Origin: the human T2T-CHM13v2.0 reference genome, Homo sapiens
DNA: 64,000 bases
Direction: 5' to 3' (one strand)
NCBI RefSeq assembly: GCF_009914755.1
Contig: NC_060936.1
Every line of letters starts with the position of its first letter. Position 1 is the first letter of the stretch. A model generated the notes under the pieces. That model saw only the letters and a list, made by a program, of their open reading frames with translations. It did no database searches and was not told where the DNA came from. Below are positions 14,056 to 30,874 of this stretch, one piece after another. The position numbers were made by a program, and so were the translations under genes.

Positions 14056-15094
14056 TTTGTTTTACTCTTGAGCAAACCTTTGTTGTTAATTTGTAAAGCA
14101 GCTAAATTATTTCCAAATAAACTTAAAACATAAGAACTGAAAGAGAAAAAAGTAAACTATATTATGTAATATACAATATTTTTTCTTCTCTCAAAACATT
14201 TAATTAAATTTCTTCTGAATTAAATTTTGTCAATCAATATTTTTGCCTGTTCTGAAGTGTTATTTTTATTGTTGAATATGTAATGTTTTTCTTCTACATG
14301 ACTTAGCATATTATCTCAATGTAAATTCAAGAGCCCCCACATTCATCTGTCAATGTTAATCCTTTGGCAAATTTTTTCTCTATCATCCTTCTTAGTATAT
14401 TTCTTCTCCTCTTGTAGTAATTTTTCAGTCAATTATTTCCAGGCTTTTAATGGAAATGGTAGGTGTTAGAGAACCACAGAAAACCTGCTTCCTTGATCTC
14501 ATCTTATTTTGCTACTTTTCATTTTGCCAATGAGTCTGTGTTCTAACATATATATTTTCTGTAAAATACATTAAGCATTTCTGTAAATTCAATGTGATTA
14601 TCAGGGTACATAAAGCAGACTTTTATTCTTCAACCAGAGCAAATATGGCAATCAATAAGTTTTCATTGCTCACACATGTTGGTCAAAATAAGCAGTTCCA
14701 AAAGAAATATTTTTTCTATTTTTAAAAATGCATGAACACAATGAAGTCAATTCTCCAAGAAAAATACCTTTAACCTTGTTATGTTTGATTGACTTCTAAA
14801 ATTGTTCAGGTTTTCTTTATCTAGATGGAAGTAGAACAAACTTCATTCCTTCCAAAATTCTACAGTGCAGTGTTGGTTTAAATTATTAAAGCATTAGAAA
14901 TGCAGGTGCAAGTGAGTGCATAAATGAAAGTTCACATTCTTGCATTTAGGGATTCATAACATGGAAAATGAGGAATTATTAATGTTTTATTAAAAGAGGA
15001 ATAATAAAGTATAATCTCTGAGTCACTGTTATGTTTGTAACATACATTGTATTCATAATTCTTCTATTTGTGAAAAAAGTAACACCACTATTTT

Positions 15095-15560
15095 ACTTAC
15101 CATAAGCAGTATATAATGATATTCCTTTCTTTTCCTCTAGAATACATGAACAACTGTAATAAAAGGCAAATGCATTCATTGTGAAACAGTATTTAATTTG
15201 TCACCAGGAAAATTAACATAAAATAATCTCTCAGGTTAATTCAAAGCAGAAAGCTGAGATGTAAATGTAATTATTCTTCAATACCACACATATCTGAACA
15301 CATGGAAGTATCTATGTTTTCTATAATAAAGATTGCTAATAAATTCCTGTTTTTAATACCAGATAAATTATAAGATAACATGTATGTCCAAATAATTCCT
15401 CCACACAAACCTTTGCAAAGATTATTATAACTGAGAAGATCTGCTTTAAACTTGTGAAATATTTACTAGTTTCCAATTAATTAAAAGGAGTGACTGTTTC
15501 TCTGTGGAAAATCTAAGGGGATGGTGTCCCTAAGGAAAAACAGAGAAGATTAAATATATC
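15095..15560 (-). promoter_or_regulatory. Candidate OR6C70 promoter and 5' non-coding exon
   Basis: Strong minus-strand donor ATG|GTAAGT at 15100. Homeodomain-like caattaattaa lies at 15474-15484 and an O/E(EBF)-like tccctaagga at 15527-15536, in repeat-poor DNA. Inference only. Confidence 0.45.
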
Positions 15561-16270
15561 CAAAAAAGCCTATAAACACCAGTTGACTTATGTCTTTATC
15601 ATTTAAATAAAAGTAGATTTATTGTTTCAAACATGATGATATAAAGCACCATTAGGTTTGTCACATTAAAAACAACCATTTCAAGATGATCATGGAGACA
15701 CTGCAAATTAGCAGGTTGTATTGGATCATAGATAACACATGTGCCCTGTTGCCAAGATAATTCCTTTTGATGACATTTTTCCCCAGTATATGAATCTATC
15801 TATCACCAGGAAAACAGCATATGAGTACCTAACACAAACATTATTTCTACTTATATTTTTAAGAGGCAATTGTGTTTAAGAAAAAAGCATAACTTCTGCA
15901 TAATATTAAATTTGAGAATAAACTTTTGAATATTTTCTGCAGTGATTTGAGAATTGACACCTAAATTCAACCATTTTAGTATTACAAATGATTATACCTG
16001 TCATGTATTGAATATTCACTATGCATAAAGCATATGCTAACTGTTGTGCATACATTATTCTATTTAACAATAGAATAATAAAATTCATCACAATAAGCAA
16101 GGGAGGAATAATTATGAACTTTCTGCTGTTTAAAAACAGAATTAAGCAAATAATCATGCTCATTCACACTCATGGCAGAGTTTAGAAATTTTGGAGACAT
16201 GATTGCAATCAGATCTTTGATTCCAAGCATAATTTGTTAACCCTTGTGACATACTTCCAATAAAACAAAT

Positions 16271-16291
16271 GAATGGATAGATGAATGGATG

Positions 16292-16335
<44 letters not shown>

Positions 16336-16340
16336 CATAG
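16271..16340. repeat. (GGAT)n/(GATA)n tetranucleotide microsatellite
   Basis: gaatggatagatgaatggatggatagatagatag... Confidence 0.95.
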
Positions 16341-17003
16341 AGGGAGGAAGATATTTAACTTAGAAAATAGTCTATAATCTGATACCTGATATGGTAAATG
16401 GGATAAGAATGTTGAGCAATATTTTTAATTAAATAAGTATACAATTTTTTTTTTTTTTTGCAATCTTACAACTAGTATGATGTATTTATTTTCAGCTTTT
16501 TATATACGTTTTTCAAGCACTTCCCAAGTATTTATAGAGTACTTACTATGTTCCAGGCTGGTGGCTGAGCAGTGAACAAACCAACCTAGGTCCCTATATC
16601 TGGAAACCTTCTTAAGTTTGTGAACTTAAACACCCATATATACAATTGAGATCATATCATAAATATAATTTTGTATTCTATTTTTCACATTCTATTTCAT
16701 AAGCATTACCCTCTGCCAATAAATTTTTTTCAAATACCACACATAATGGCTGCATAATGTTCAACTGAGTGTACAGAAGACAATAGATTTATCTATTTCG
16801 GTGCTGCAAAAAGCATAATTATCTTCCATTTCCCCTTCTATGAATAACTAGCTATTTTCCAAATTCTCCCCATTATTTAAAAAACCACACACACAACAAA
16901 CTCTGGAATGGGCACCCTTCTCTTTGTAACTTTTGTTATTTCCATAGGATAGATTCCTAGATTAATTGAAGTGTTTAAGGCTCTTTATGTACAGCTTAAT
17001 TCA

Positions 17004-18700
17004 TTTTCTTTTTTTTTTTTTTTTTTATTGATCATTCTTGGGTGTTTCTCGCAGAGGGGGATTTGGCAGGGTCATAGGACAATAGTGGAGGGAAGGTCAG
17101 CAGATAAACAAGTGAACAAAGGTCTCTGGTTTTCCTAGGCAGAGGACCCTGCGGCCTTCCGCAGTGTTTGTGTCCCTGGGTACTTGAGATTAGGGAGTGG
17201 TGATGACTCTTAACGAGCATGCTGCCTTCAAGCATCTGTTTAACAAAGCACATCTTGCCCCACCCTTAATCCATTTGACCCTGAGTGGACACAGCCCATG
17301 TTTCAGAGAGCACAGGGTTGGGGGTAAGGTCACAGATCAACAGGATCCCAAGGCAGAAGAATTTTTCTTAGTACAGAACAAAATGAAAAGTCTCCCATGT
17401 CTACTTCTTTCTACACAGACACGGCAACCATCCGATTTCTCAATCTTTTCCCCACCTTTCCCCCCTTTCTATTCCACAAAACCGCCATTGTCATCATGGC
17501 CCGTTCTCAATGAGCTGCTGGGCACACCTCCCAGACGGGGTGGTGGCCGGGCAGAGGGGCTCCTCACTTCCCAGTAGGGGCGGCCGGGCAGAGGCGCCCC
17601 TCACCTCCCGGACGGGGCGGCTGGCCGGGCGGGGGGCTGACCCCCCCACCTCCCTTCCAGATGGGGCGGCTGGCCGGGCGGGGGGCTAATGCCCCCACCT
17701 CCCTCCCGGACAGGGCAGCTGGCCCGGCGGGCGGCTGGCCGGGTGGGGGGCTGATGCCCCCACCTCCCTCCCGGACAGGGTGGCTGGCCGGGCGGGGGGC
17801 TGACCCCACCACCTCCCTCCCGGACGGGGCGGCTGCTGGGCAGAGATGCTTCTCACTTCCCAGACGGGGTGGCTGCCGGGCGGAGGGTCTCCTCACTTCT
17901 CAGACAGGGCGGCCGGGCAGAGACGCTCCTCACCTCCCAGACGGGGTCGCGGCCGGGCAGAGGCGCTCCTCGCATCCCAGATGGGGCGGCGGGGCAGAGG
18001 CGCTCCCCATATCTCAGATGATGGGCAGCCGGGCAGAGATGCTCCTCACTTCCTAGATGTGATGGCGGCCGGGAAGAGGCGCTCCTCACTTCCTAGATGG
18101 GATGGCGGCCCCGCAGAGACGCTCCTCACTTTCCAGACTGGGCAGCCAGGCAGAGGGGCTCCTCACATCCCAGACGATGGGCGGCCAGGCAGAGATGCTC
18201 CTCACTTCCCAGACGGGGTGACGGCCAGGCAGAGGCTGCAATCTCGGCACTTTGGGAGGCCAAGGCAGGCGGCTGGGAGGTGTAGGCTGTAGTGAGCCGA
18301 GATCACGCCACTGCACTCCAGCCTGGGCACCATTGAGCACTGAGTGAACAAGACTCCGTCTGCAATCCCGGCACCTCAGGAGGCTGAGGCTGGCGGATCA
18401 CTCGCGGTTAGGAGCTGGAGACCAGCCAGGCCAACACAGCGAAACCCCGTCTCCACCAAAAAAATACCAGTCAGGCGTGGCAGCGCGTGCCTGCAATCGC
18501 ACGCACTGGGCAGGCTGAGGCAGGAGAATCAGGCAGGGAGATTGCAGTGAGCCGAGATGGCAGCAGTACAGTCCAGCTTGGGCTCAGCATCAGAGGGAGA
18601 CCATGGAAAGAGAGGGAGAGGGAGACCGTGGGGAGAGGGAGAGAGGGAGAGGGAGAGGAAGAGGAAGAGGGAGAGCGAGAGCGAGAGCGAGAGCAAGAGC
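17004..18700 (-). mobile_element. SVA retrotransposon (SVA_D-like), all domains present
   Basis: Poly-T at 17004-17026, SINE-R at about 17027-17520, GC-rich VNTR at about 17520-18235, Alu-like region to about 18600, and (CCCTCT)n hexamer with GCTCTC variants at 18630-18700. Confidence 0.95.
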
Positions 18701-18784
18701 TAATTTTTGTATTTTTAATAGAGATGGGGTTTCACCATGTTGGCCAGGCTGGTCTTGAACTCCTGACTTCAAGTGATCTGCCTC
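18699..18784 (-). mobile_element. Partial AluS left monomer fused to the SVA hexamer end
   Basis: gctaatttttgtatttttaatagagatggggtttcaccatg...gtgatctgcctc directly abuts the hexamers. Confidence 0.9.
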
Positions 18785-18957
18785 AATAGAGGTCTTCTAA
18801 TAATTTCCTACCTCAACACCCCAAAATCACTCACTTATGTCTTTAAATATTAGATGAAAAACTCTGAAGTTTAATTTCTGATTATGAAAAAAGTAATTAT
18901 ATGACCTCTGACATATAATCATATTTTATAGCCAGAAAAGAAAATGAATAAAATCTG

Positions 18958-19133
18958 TCTCCAGAGAAGCAGAACCAATAGGAAATGTATGTATATATGT
19001 ATATATGAAGGACGATGGTTGGGGGAGCGGGATTATTTTTTTTTTTTTTAATTCTTCCAGAGAAGAGGTGACATTGCAGCTTGCATATGATTTAAATGTG
19101 AATTTCATCTAAAAATATCTTCACAGCAACATA
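18958..19133 (-). mobile_element. MLT2-type LTR fragment (inverted partner of 19715-20038)
   Basis: tctccagagaagcagaaccaatagga...tcttcacagcaacata. Confidence 0.8.
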
Positions 19134-19714
19134 AAATAAAGCCTGGTGACAGATTTTATTCCAGTAACAATATGTACACACACAGGCACACTCACACACA
19201 TACAAATACACTTGTCTTTAAATGGTAAGAAGAGATCTAAATGATCATTTATACTCAGTTTCAAAAATTACTAATGAGCCTATTGTGTAATGCACTTTTG
19301 CAAAGTAAAAGACAAAAAGGCAGTAGTGGGGACAGCATCCTTAAAAGACAGTAAGATGCAATAATACCATCAGACATAGAGGAAGTATAAACAATAAGTG
19401 TCACATCGTGTTGGCTGCTTTCCATTTTTAAGGTATTTGGGAGAATACAAAACCCCCTTTCTTTCCTTTATCATTTCTTCATAATATCAAAGCATATCAT
19501 TATCAAAATAGAAATGTATTCTAGAATTCAAAACTGTCACAACACAGAGATAATCAAAGATAGAACTAATTAAGAGCTTTAGGTATACATTTCTAGCATG
19601 GGTACGTGTGTGTATGTGTGTGTGTGTGTACATATATGTAAACTGTACATTATAACCTAAATTATTTTATATTAACTTTTCATTAATATTTTCTATGTAA
19701 GTATAAATACACTC

Positions 19715-20038
19715 GTGATAGCTAATTTATGTGTCAATTTAGCTAGGCCACAGCTCCCAGATATTTGGTTAAATATTAGTCTATATGTTGCTGTGAAGAT
19801 TTTTTTTAGATGAGATTCTATTTAAATCATATGCAAGCTGCAATATCACCCCTTCTCTGGGTCTCTGACCTGTTAGCGTACCCTGAAAAATTTGAACTTG
19901 CCAGCCTCCACAATCATGTGAGCTAATTTCTTAAAACAAATAAATAAATAAATAATCCACCCTTCATCTTCCATCATATATGCATACATACATAAATCTC
20001 CTTTTGGGTCTGCTTCTCTGGAGAACCCTGACTAATAA
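19715..20038 (+). mobile_element. MLT2C/D-like LTR, internally deleted
   Basis: gtgatagctaatttatgtgtcaatt...cttgccagcctccacaatcatgtgagc...tctctggagaaccctgactaata. Confidence 0.85.
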
Positions 20039-21599
20039 AGTACCTAATCATTTTCAAGTCTATATGGCATTCTATTGAATGCATAAACCATTAAGCCATG
20101 CTCTATTGTTGGAAATTTACTTCGCTTACAATTTCCACTGTTGTTTAAAAAGCTATATTAAATGTCTTTTTGTGCCTTACAGAAACATATAATACTATTT
20201 TGTTTCCAAACATAATTTCAGGAAGACATTTTTCAGGTTACAGTGAGACACATTTTAAACTTTTCGTTATTTGTCATATTTTCTTCCCGTGTCACAAATG
20301 TACTACTTCTTAAGCATTAAGTCAGAAATCCATTTTACTCACCTTTAGGAAAATGTAAGGAATTGCGATTATTCTTAAGAATAGTTTATATTTGTTTCCA
20401 GCATTAAAGGACCTCCTCAGTGACAGCCTGCCTCAAATCCACTGTGGAAAATGTTCCTCACATTGCTATCTTTCTCACACTATGCTGTTTTTTCTTCACA
20501 TTTACCACCATCTAAAACATTATATACTGTACTAATTTATCTGATTGTTTTCTATCTCCTTAAGATTAGAATATAAAGACCTGCATGGATTTTTGTCTTT
20601 TTTGTTCACTGATGTAACATTACTACCCTGAACAGTACCCAGAATACACAATAGGTTCTCAATAAATACTGGCTAAATGAAAGAATGCTTGTGTTTTAAT
20701 GAGAAAAAAGGAGATAGTCAATCGAGTATACAAAAGAAGGAAGAGAATAAAATGAGATTTGGAAATGTTTATTTGGAACAGTCTCTAAATATCTAAGTGC
20801 TCCACATTTCTACCTTATTTTTCTCTCAGCATTGCCCCCAACCTTTCAATAGCCTAGCTGTTGTCATGGAGATGGTGTTCTCTGACATCTCTACTCATAC
20901 TTATTGGAGACATCTAGAGATGTCCTTTTAGACTAAAAAAAACAAAATTATGTCGACTGAACTACTATTCTCTTTGTGTAGTTACAAGAGAACTCTTTCG
21001 AGTACAAAGAAAGTTCCTAAGTCTGCCCAAAGGATCTATTAAGATTATCCACCCAATCATATCTATTCTAATGGTTTCTTTCTCCAGATTGAGACCTGTG
21101 GTCTCATTTTTTTAGTATATCTGGTGGGAAATGCATATCAAAAGCCATACAAATGCAAAAATTTTCTACCTACAATTAAGAATTTCTCCTATGAAAATGC
21201 TCTGGTATATAAACAGTTATGTGTGCAAAGATAATTATATAAAAACTTCAGGGCAGTATTTTCATTACAAAGAAGAAATGTAAACAATTTAAGTTTCCAA
21301 ACTGGTGGTACTTATTATCAAATTGAGATTTAAAATATATAAATTCAGTCACTAAACATGATCATTAAAAACACCTATAATAAACAAAAATAGTAGATTA
21401 CAACTGTTTTTACAGGTTTACCTATGTGCTAATATTTGAACGGTTATCTATGTGTCTTTTTTGAATCTTCATATTTTTCATGATATCCATGAGTTACCTT
21501 TTAAAAGTAGAGAAAGTGTTCCGATACCAGTTTTATTGCCTTAGACAATACAAGGGAAAAAACAAACACCTTATTATTTGACTTATATTGTCCAGTCTG

Positions 21600-22123
21600 A
21601 TCACAGTATGTCTCATGTTGCATTTTTTTGTCCCCAGGGACTCTGTCCCCATTGTTGCCTGTATGAGGTTGATTGCCAAAAGTGATTACAATAAAGATTC
21701 CTTAGTGACTTTTAAACCTGGGATCCAAAGACTCTATTTTTTGTTGACTCTTGACTTCTTTTATAAATGAATATTTAAGGCCAAACATGTTTTTCTGACT
21801 GATAAGTTCAGAAGATCAACTCTCCTTTATCATCCAATAGCTCATGGTATCCCCAGCACTTTACACCAGGTATTTCTTTATTTTAGATAACAAGAGAACA
21901 AAAACATGGCTTCTTAGATTAAAATGGCAGAAGCCCTTTCAGGGGAAAAAAAAATCTGTGAAAAAGGGCCCTGGGCACTTCCAGGGCCTTTTCTGGTTCC
22001 TGAGAAAACTTAGCATTCACATGACTCCACAGTCGTATTCCTGTTCAGCCTCTCTTACCGTGAGCTTCTGCAAATAAACTGTCAACAGATTTCATGAAAT
22101 AACTTACTGCTTAAAGGGTAAGT
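21600..22123 (+). promoter_or_regulatory. Candidate OR6C68 promoter and 5' non-coding exon
   Basis: Perfect O/E(EBF) palindrome TCCCCAGGGA at 21631-21640, further O/E-like sites at about 21933-21990, and a strong donor AGG|GTAAGT at 22118. Inference only. Confidence 0.5.
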
Positions 22124-23459
22124 GTGAACACGTTTTTTACTTTAAGTTATTTTCAGTGTATTTCAGTGTACAGTTGCATATATACTGGCAGGAAGAGAGA
22201 GGTGAGTGGGAAGTGTAATGATATATTTCTCTCTTTAAGTAAAGTGTTAGGCTTAAATAATCAATATGTTGAATACTTATGTTAGCATTTGATGGAAAGA
22301 TCCTACAATCATTTATGAAATGCCTTTTTTTTTTCTAGAATGATGAGCCTAGAAATCTATCAATTCTGGGTGGGAAATATTCAGAAATAAAACTCCCCCC
22401 TGCCACACACACACAGGTATGCAAAAAAATATATAAATTCAAGTGCACAGTGTGCATAATAGCAGCAGACTGAAATATTACATGAGATCTTATTATGAAT
22501 TTCTGATCTCTTGCCAAATTGAAATACTTTCTGGAGATTAAATATGCAAAGCAGAGGGAGGAGCCAAGATGGCCAAATAGGAACAGCTCCAGTCTACAAC
22601 TCCCAGCGTGAGCAAAGCAGAAGACGGGTGATTTCTGCATTTCCATCTGAGGTACCGGGTTCATCTCACTAGGGAGTGCCAGACAGTGGGCGCAGGCCAG
22701 TGGGTGCGTGCACCGTGTGCAAGCTGAAGCAGGGCCAGGCATTGCCGCACTTGGGAAGCGCAAGGGGTCAGGGAGTTCCCTTTCCAAGTCAAAGAAAGGG
22801 GTGACGGATGCACCTGGAAAATCGGGTCACTCCCACCCGAATATTGCGCTTTTCAGACCGGCTTAAAAAATGGCGCACCACGAGATTATATCCCACACCT
22901 GGCTTGGAGGGTCCTACGCCCACGGAATCTCACTGATTGCTAGCACAGCAGTCTGAGATCAAACTGCAAGGCAGCAGCTAGGCTGGGGGAGGGGCGCCCG
23001 CCATTGCCCAGGCTCGCTTAGGTAAACAAAGCAGCCAGGCAGCTCGAAATGGGTGGAGCCCACCACAGCTCAAGGAGGCCTGCCTGCCTCTCTAGGCTCC
23101 ACCTCTGGGGGCAGGGCACAGACAAACAAAAAGACAGCAGTAACCTCTGCAGACTTAAATGTCCCTGTCTGACAGCTTTGAAGAGAGCAGTGGTTCTCCC
23201 AGCACGCAGCTGGAGATCTGAGAACCCGCAGACTGCCTCCTCAAGTGGGTCCCTGACCCCTGACCCCCGAGCAGCCGAACTGGGAGGCACCCCCCAGCAG
23301 GAGCACACTGACACCTCACACGGCAGGGTATTCCAACAGACCTGCAGCTGAGGGTCCTGTCTGTTAGAAGGAAAACTAACAAACAGAAAGGACATCCACA
23401 CCGAAAACCCATCTGTACATCACCATCATCAAAGACCAAAAGTAGATAAAACCACCAAG

Positions 23460-24476
23460 ATGGGGAAAAAACACAACAGAAAAACTGGAAACTCTAAAAC
23501 GCAGAGCGCCTCTCCTCCTCCAAAGGAACACAGTTCCTCACCAGCAATGGAACAAAGCTGGATGGAGAATGACTTTGACGAGCTGAGAGAAGAAGGCTTC
23601 AGACGATCAAATTACTCTGAGCCACAGGAAGACATTCAAACCAAAGGCAAAGAAGTTGAAACCTTCGAAAAAAATTTAGAAGAATGTATAACTAGAATAA
23701 CCAATACAGAGAAGTGCTTAAAGGAGCCGATGGAGCTGAAAACTAAGGCTCGAGAACTACGTGAAGAATGCAGAAGCCTCAGGAGCCGATGCGATCAACT
23801 GGAAGAAAGGATATCAGCAATGGAAGATGAAATGAATGAAATGAAGCGAGAAGGGAAGTTTAGAGAAAAAAGAATAAAAAGAAATGAGCAAAGCCTCCAA
23901 GAAATATGGGACTACGTGAAAAGACCAAATCTACGTCTGATTGGTGTACCTGAAAGTGATGTGGAGAATGGAACCAAGTTGGAAAACACTCTGCAGGATA
24001 TTATCCAGGAGAACTTCCCCAATCTAGCAAGGCAGGCCAACGTTCAGATTCAGGAAATACAGAGAACGCCACAAAGATACTCCTCGAGAAGAGCAACTCC
24101 AAGACACATAATAGTCAGATTCACCAAAGTTGATATGAAGGAAAAAATGTTAAGGGCAGCCAGAGAGAAAGGTCGGGTTACCCTCAAAGGGAAACCCATC
24201 AGACTAACAGCGGATCTCTCGGCAGAAACCCTACAAGCCAGAAGAGAGTGGGGGCCAATATTCAACATTCTTAAAGAAAAGAATTTTCAACCCAGAATTT
24301 CATATCCAGCCAAACTAAGCTTCATAAGTGAAGGAGAAATAAAATACTTCACAGACAAGCAAATGCTGAGAGATTTTGTCACCACCAGGCCTGACCTAAA
24401 AGAGCTCCTGAAGGAAGCGCTAAACATGGAAAGGAACAACCGGTACCAGCCACTGCAAAATCATGCCAAAATGTAA
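23460..24476 (+). CDS. L1 ORF1p, 338 aa, uninterrupted
   Basis: Full-length ORF with the REKG, ARR and YPAKLS motifs intact. Confidence 0.92.
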   Translation: MGKKHNRKTGNSKTQSASPPPKEHSSSPAMEQSWMENDFDELREEGFRRSNYSEPQEDIQTKGKEVETFEKNLEECITRITNTEKCLKEPMELKTKARELREECRSLRSRCDQLEERISAMEDEMNEMKREGKFREKRIKRNEQSLQEIWDYVKRPNLRLIGVPESDVENGTKLENTLQDIIQENFPNLARQANVQIQEIQRTPQRYSSRRATPRHIIVRFTKVDMKEKMLRAAREKGRVTLKGKPIRLTADLSAETLQARREWGPIFNILKEKNFQPRISYPAKLSFISEGEIKYFTDKQMLRDFVTTRPDLKELLKEALNMERNNRYQPLQNHAKM

Positions 24477-24512
24477 AGACCATCGAGACTAGGAAGAAAC
24501 TGCATCAACTAA

Positions 24513-28361
<3,849 letters not shown>

Positions 28362-29624
28362 ACAGTGAGATCACATGGACACAGGAAGGGGAATATCACA
28401 CTCTGGGGACTGCAGTGGGGTCGGGGGAGGGGGGAGGGATAGCATTGGGAGATATACGTAATGCTAGATGACGAGTTAGTGGGTGCAGCGCACCAGCATG
28501 GCACATGTATACATATGTAACTAACCTGCACAATGTGCACATGTACCCTAAAACTTAAAGTATAATAAAAAATAAAATAAAATAAAAAATAATAAATAAA
28601 TAAATAAATATGCAAAGCAGTATTGAGTCAATATGAATATGATGATATTGTTAAATATTTAATATTTATGCAAGACTGGATTCAGGGAAAGCAAAATATC
28701 AAAAATGAAAGATAGTCTTAAGACCCAAACAAAGCTGAATCCAATACCAAGAGAACTACTGGATGGTAAATTGAAATAGTGAAAAAGAAGAAAACAGGAC
28801 AGAGGTTCTAAGTGTGAGTTACAGAGTCATCTTCTGATTATAATGTTCTCTCAAAAGGGTATTAGCTTCCTAGCAAGCTTTATCTACCCTGAGCCTAGAT
28901 TAAGATGCATGCCCTGTGATGGTGTTCCTCTACCATGGAGATTTTGCTCAGTATATTGGGTGTATACTAGCAGAAGACAGTGCTTACTTGATTAGACAAA
29001 AAAGGGAAAAACACTGATTGTTTAAAGCTCTTGTAGTAGATGCATTAGGGCTTTTTGAGGGAAATATTCTAAAACCATAAGAAAATGCCTTATTTTATAT
29101 CTCTCTTGCATTTAATAAAGGTAAGAAAATTTGAAGCTCTTAAGACATTACTTACAAATTAGAAACCTGTGAATATCTAACAATATGATTGAGAATACAC
29201 AACAGCAACTTCTACCTAGCTATTGAACTTAGCCCAGAATAACAGAGTCCCTAGTCTTCAGTCTTATTATTTCACTGAAAGAAATATTGAGGAAACATTG
29301 AGGGATCAATATACTAAAAGAAATAAACAATAAGATGGGGAAAATTAGCCAGTTGCACTTTGGCAAAGTTTAATCTCCATTAGCCCTAATATTACACCTG
29401 AATCAAGGAGTAAGTAATTGTATAGAGAATGGCACACATTTAGTTTTTGCTCTTGATAGCCCTGTTTACACCAGTTGTATCAACGTAATTATTAACTGCC
29501 CCCGCTGTGCTTCTCAAGTATCTTGGTTTAGATAATAAACTATGTAGTAACCCCAGCTTTGTTTCAATTACCAATAGACAGAATATTATCTTCATGAAAT
29601 TAAAACATTCAGGTAAAGTGTTCA

Positions 29625-29865
29625 CCACAAACACAGCGCAGTGATTAAAGAACTGGGACTCTGGGGTTTCTCTAGCCACTTACTATCCTGAAACAATGGC
29701 CACATACTTTACCTCTTTGTCGATCAGCTTTTTCATTTTTTAAGTGGAGATAATATACCTCCCTACTTCACAGGTTGTCCTAAGGATTATATTAATTATA
29801 TATGTAATATACTTAAAAGAGAAGCATAGCAAGAGATTTGCCTGAAGCATAGCAAGAGATTTGTG
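29625..29865 (+). mobile_element. MIR remnant ending in a 20-bp duplication
   Basis: ccacttact...acctctttgt..tcagctttttcatt..aagtggagataatatacctccctacttcacaggttgt; gaagcatagcaagagatttg at 29821 and 29844. Confidence 0.75.
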
Positions 29866-30874
29866 TTTGTCATATTATGATTATACTGGGTTAAGTCACA
29901 GGAAGTTAACTGATTAAGCACTTTTAAAAATCTGGTGAGGTGAAAAATAAGAGAGTAACAGATTGAGAAACGAATGCGTACTGTGGAAATAGAGTCAAAG
30001 AATGTAGATCTGAAGGAAATGAAAAAGGAGAGAATATTGTGTCATGGCGAGGATATTCAGCAATTTTTGTCTTGACTTTTATCCATGTTGTATAACTTGT
30101 TCTAATCTGAGTAGCTAACTGAACGCAGGAAGACATAGTTTTTATATTTTTCAGCAGTTCATTTATTATAATCAAAACTGTCTTGCACTGTGATAAAAGG
30201 GCACTGAAAAATAATCATATTATACTACACAGCACTATCCAGGGAGTAGATATAAGATTTAGATAATGAAGCTTAGAAGAGATATGTAAAATTATAAACG
30301 TGGATGCCTTAGGGTCAAAAGATGGTTTTCTCTTAAAATGAATAACCAACAATTAAAAAGCAGTCAAAAAGCAAATAAATATACATCTTAGAGGGAATTG
30401 AAATGTTTTGTTTGGAACCTGATGTATGTTTTATTTTAGGGTTTTACAATTCCCAAATTTTAAAACAGAGATGAAACTAAAGCGAATTATTTTAATGTAG
30501 CTTATGAGTTGCAGAAAAACATTTGGCAGCATAAAAAACAGTCATATTTCAAAAAATAATGCAATCCAATAAAAAGGCACAACTCAGAATGAGTTAAAAT
30601 GTTTAATACACTATAAATTAATTACTATAGAAGATTAATAAAGAAAAGTTATTCTATAGTTCGTTGACTAAAATTTATAAAATAATCTTATTTGGCCATT
30701 TTGTATAAATAGATCAAGGGAGCTCAACGTACTAAAACATGTACATATATGTTATTTATATTCTCACTATAAACTTCTGCAGATCAACAAGTAAAACCTA
30801 TGATGTTGGATAAATGAAACATGCATGAGAGTGTTCATCATTAGCTGCTTTTTTTATTGAATGCTGCAGTTCAA

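Noticed and set aside
17520-18235. CRISPR-like or novel repeat array
   Set aside because: This is the ordinary SVA VNTR in eukaryotic DNA, with no repeat-spacer structure.
17197-18789. Cluster of overlapping 60-148 aa GC-rich ORFs
   Set aside because: These are stop-poor translations of the SVA VNTR, Alu-like and hexamer domains, not genes.
22789-23004. L1 ORF0 in the L1PA2-like 5'UTR
   Set aside because: The ATG at 23004 reads MAGAPPPA* with TAG at codon 9 (22980-22978), so ORF0 is disrupted.
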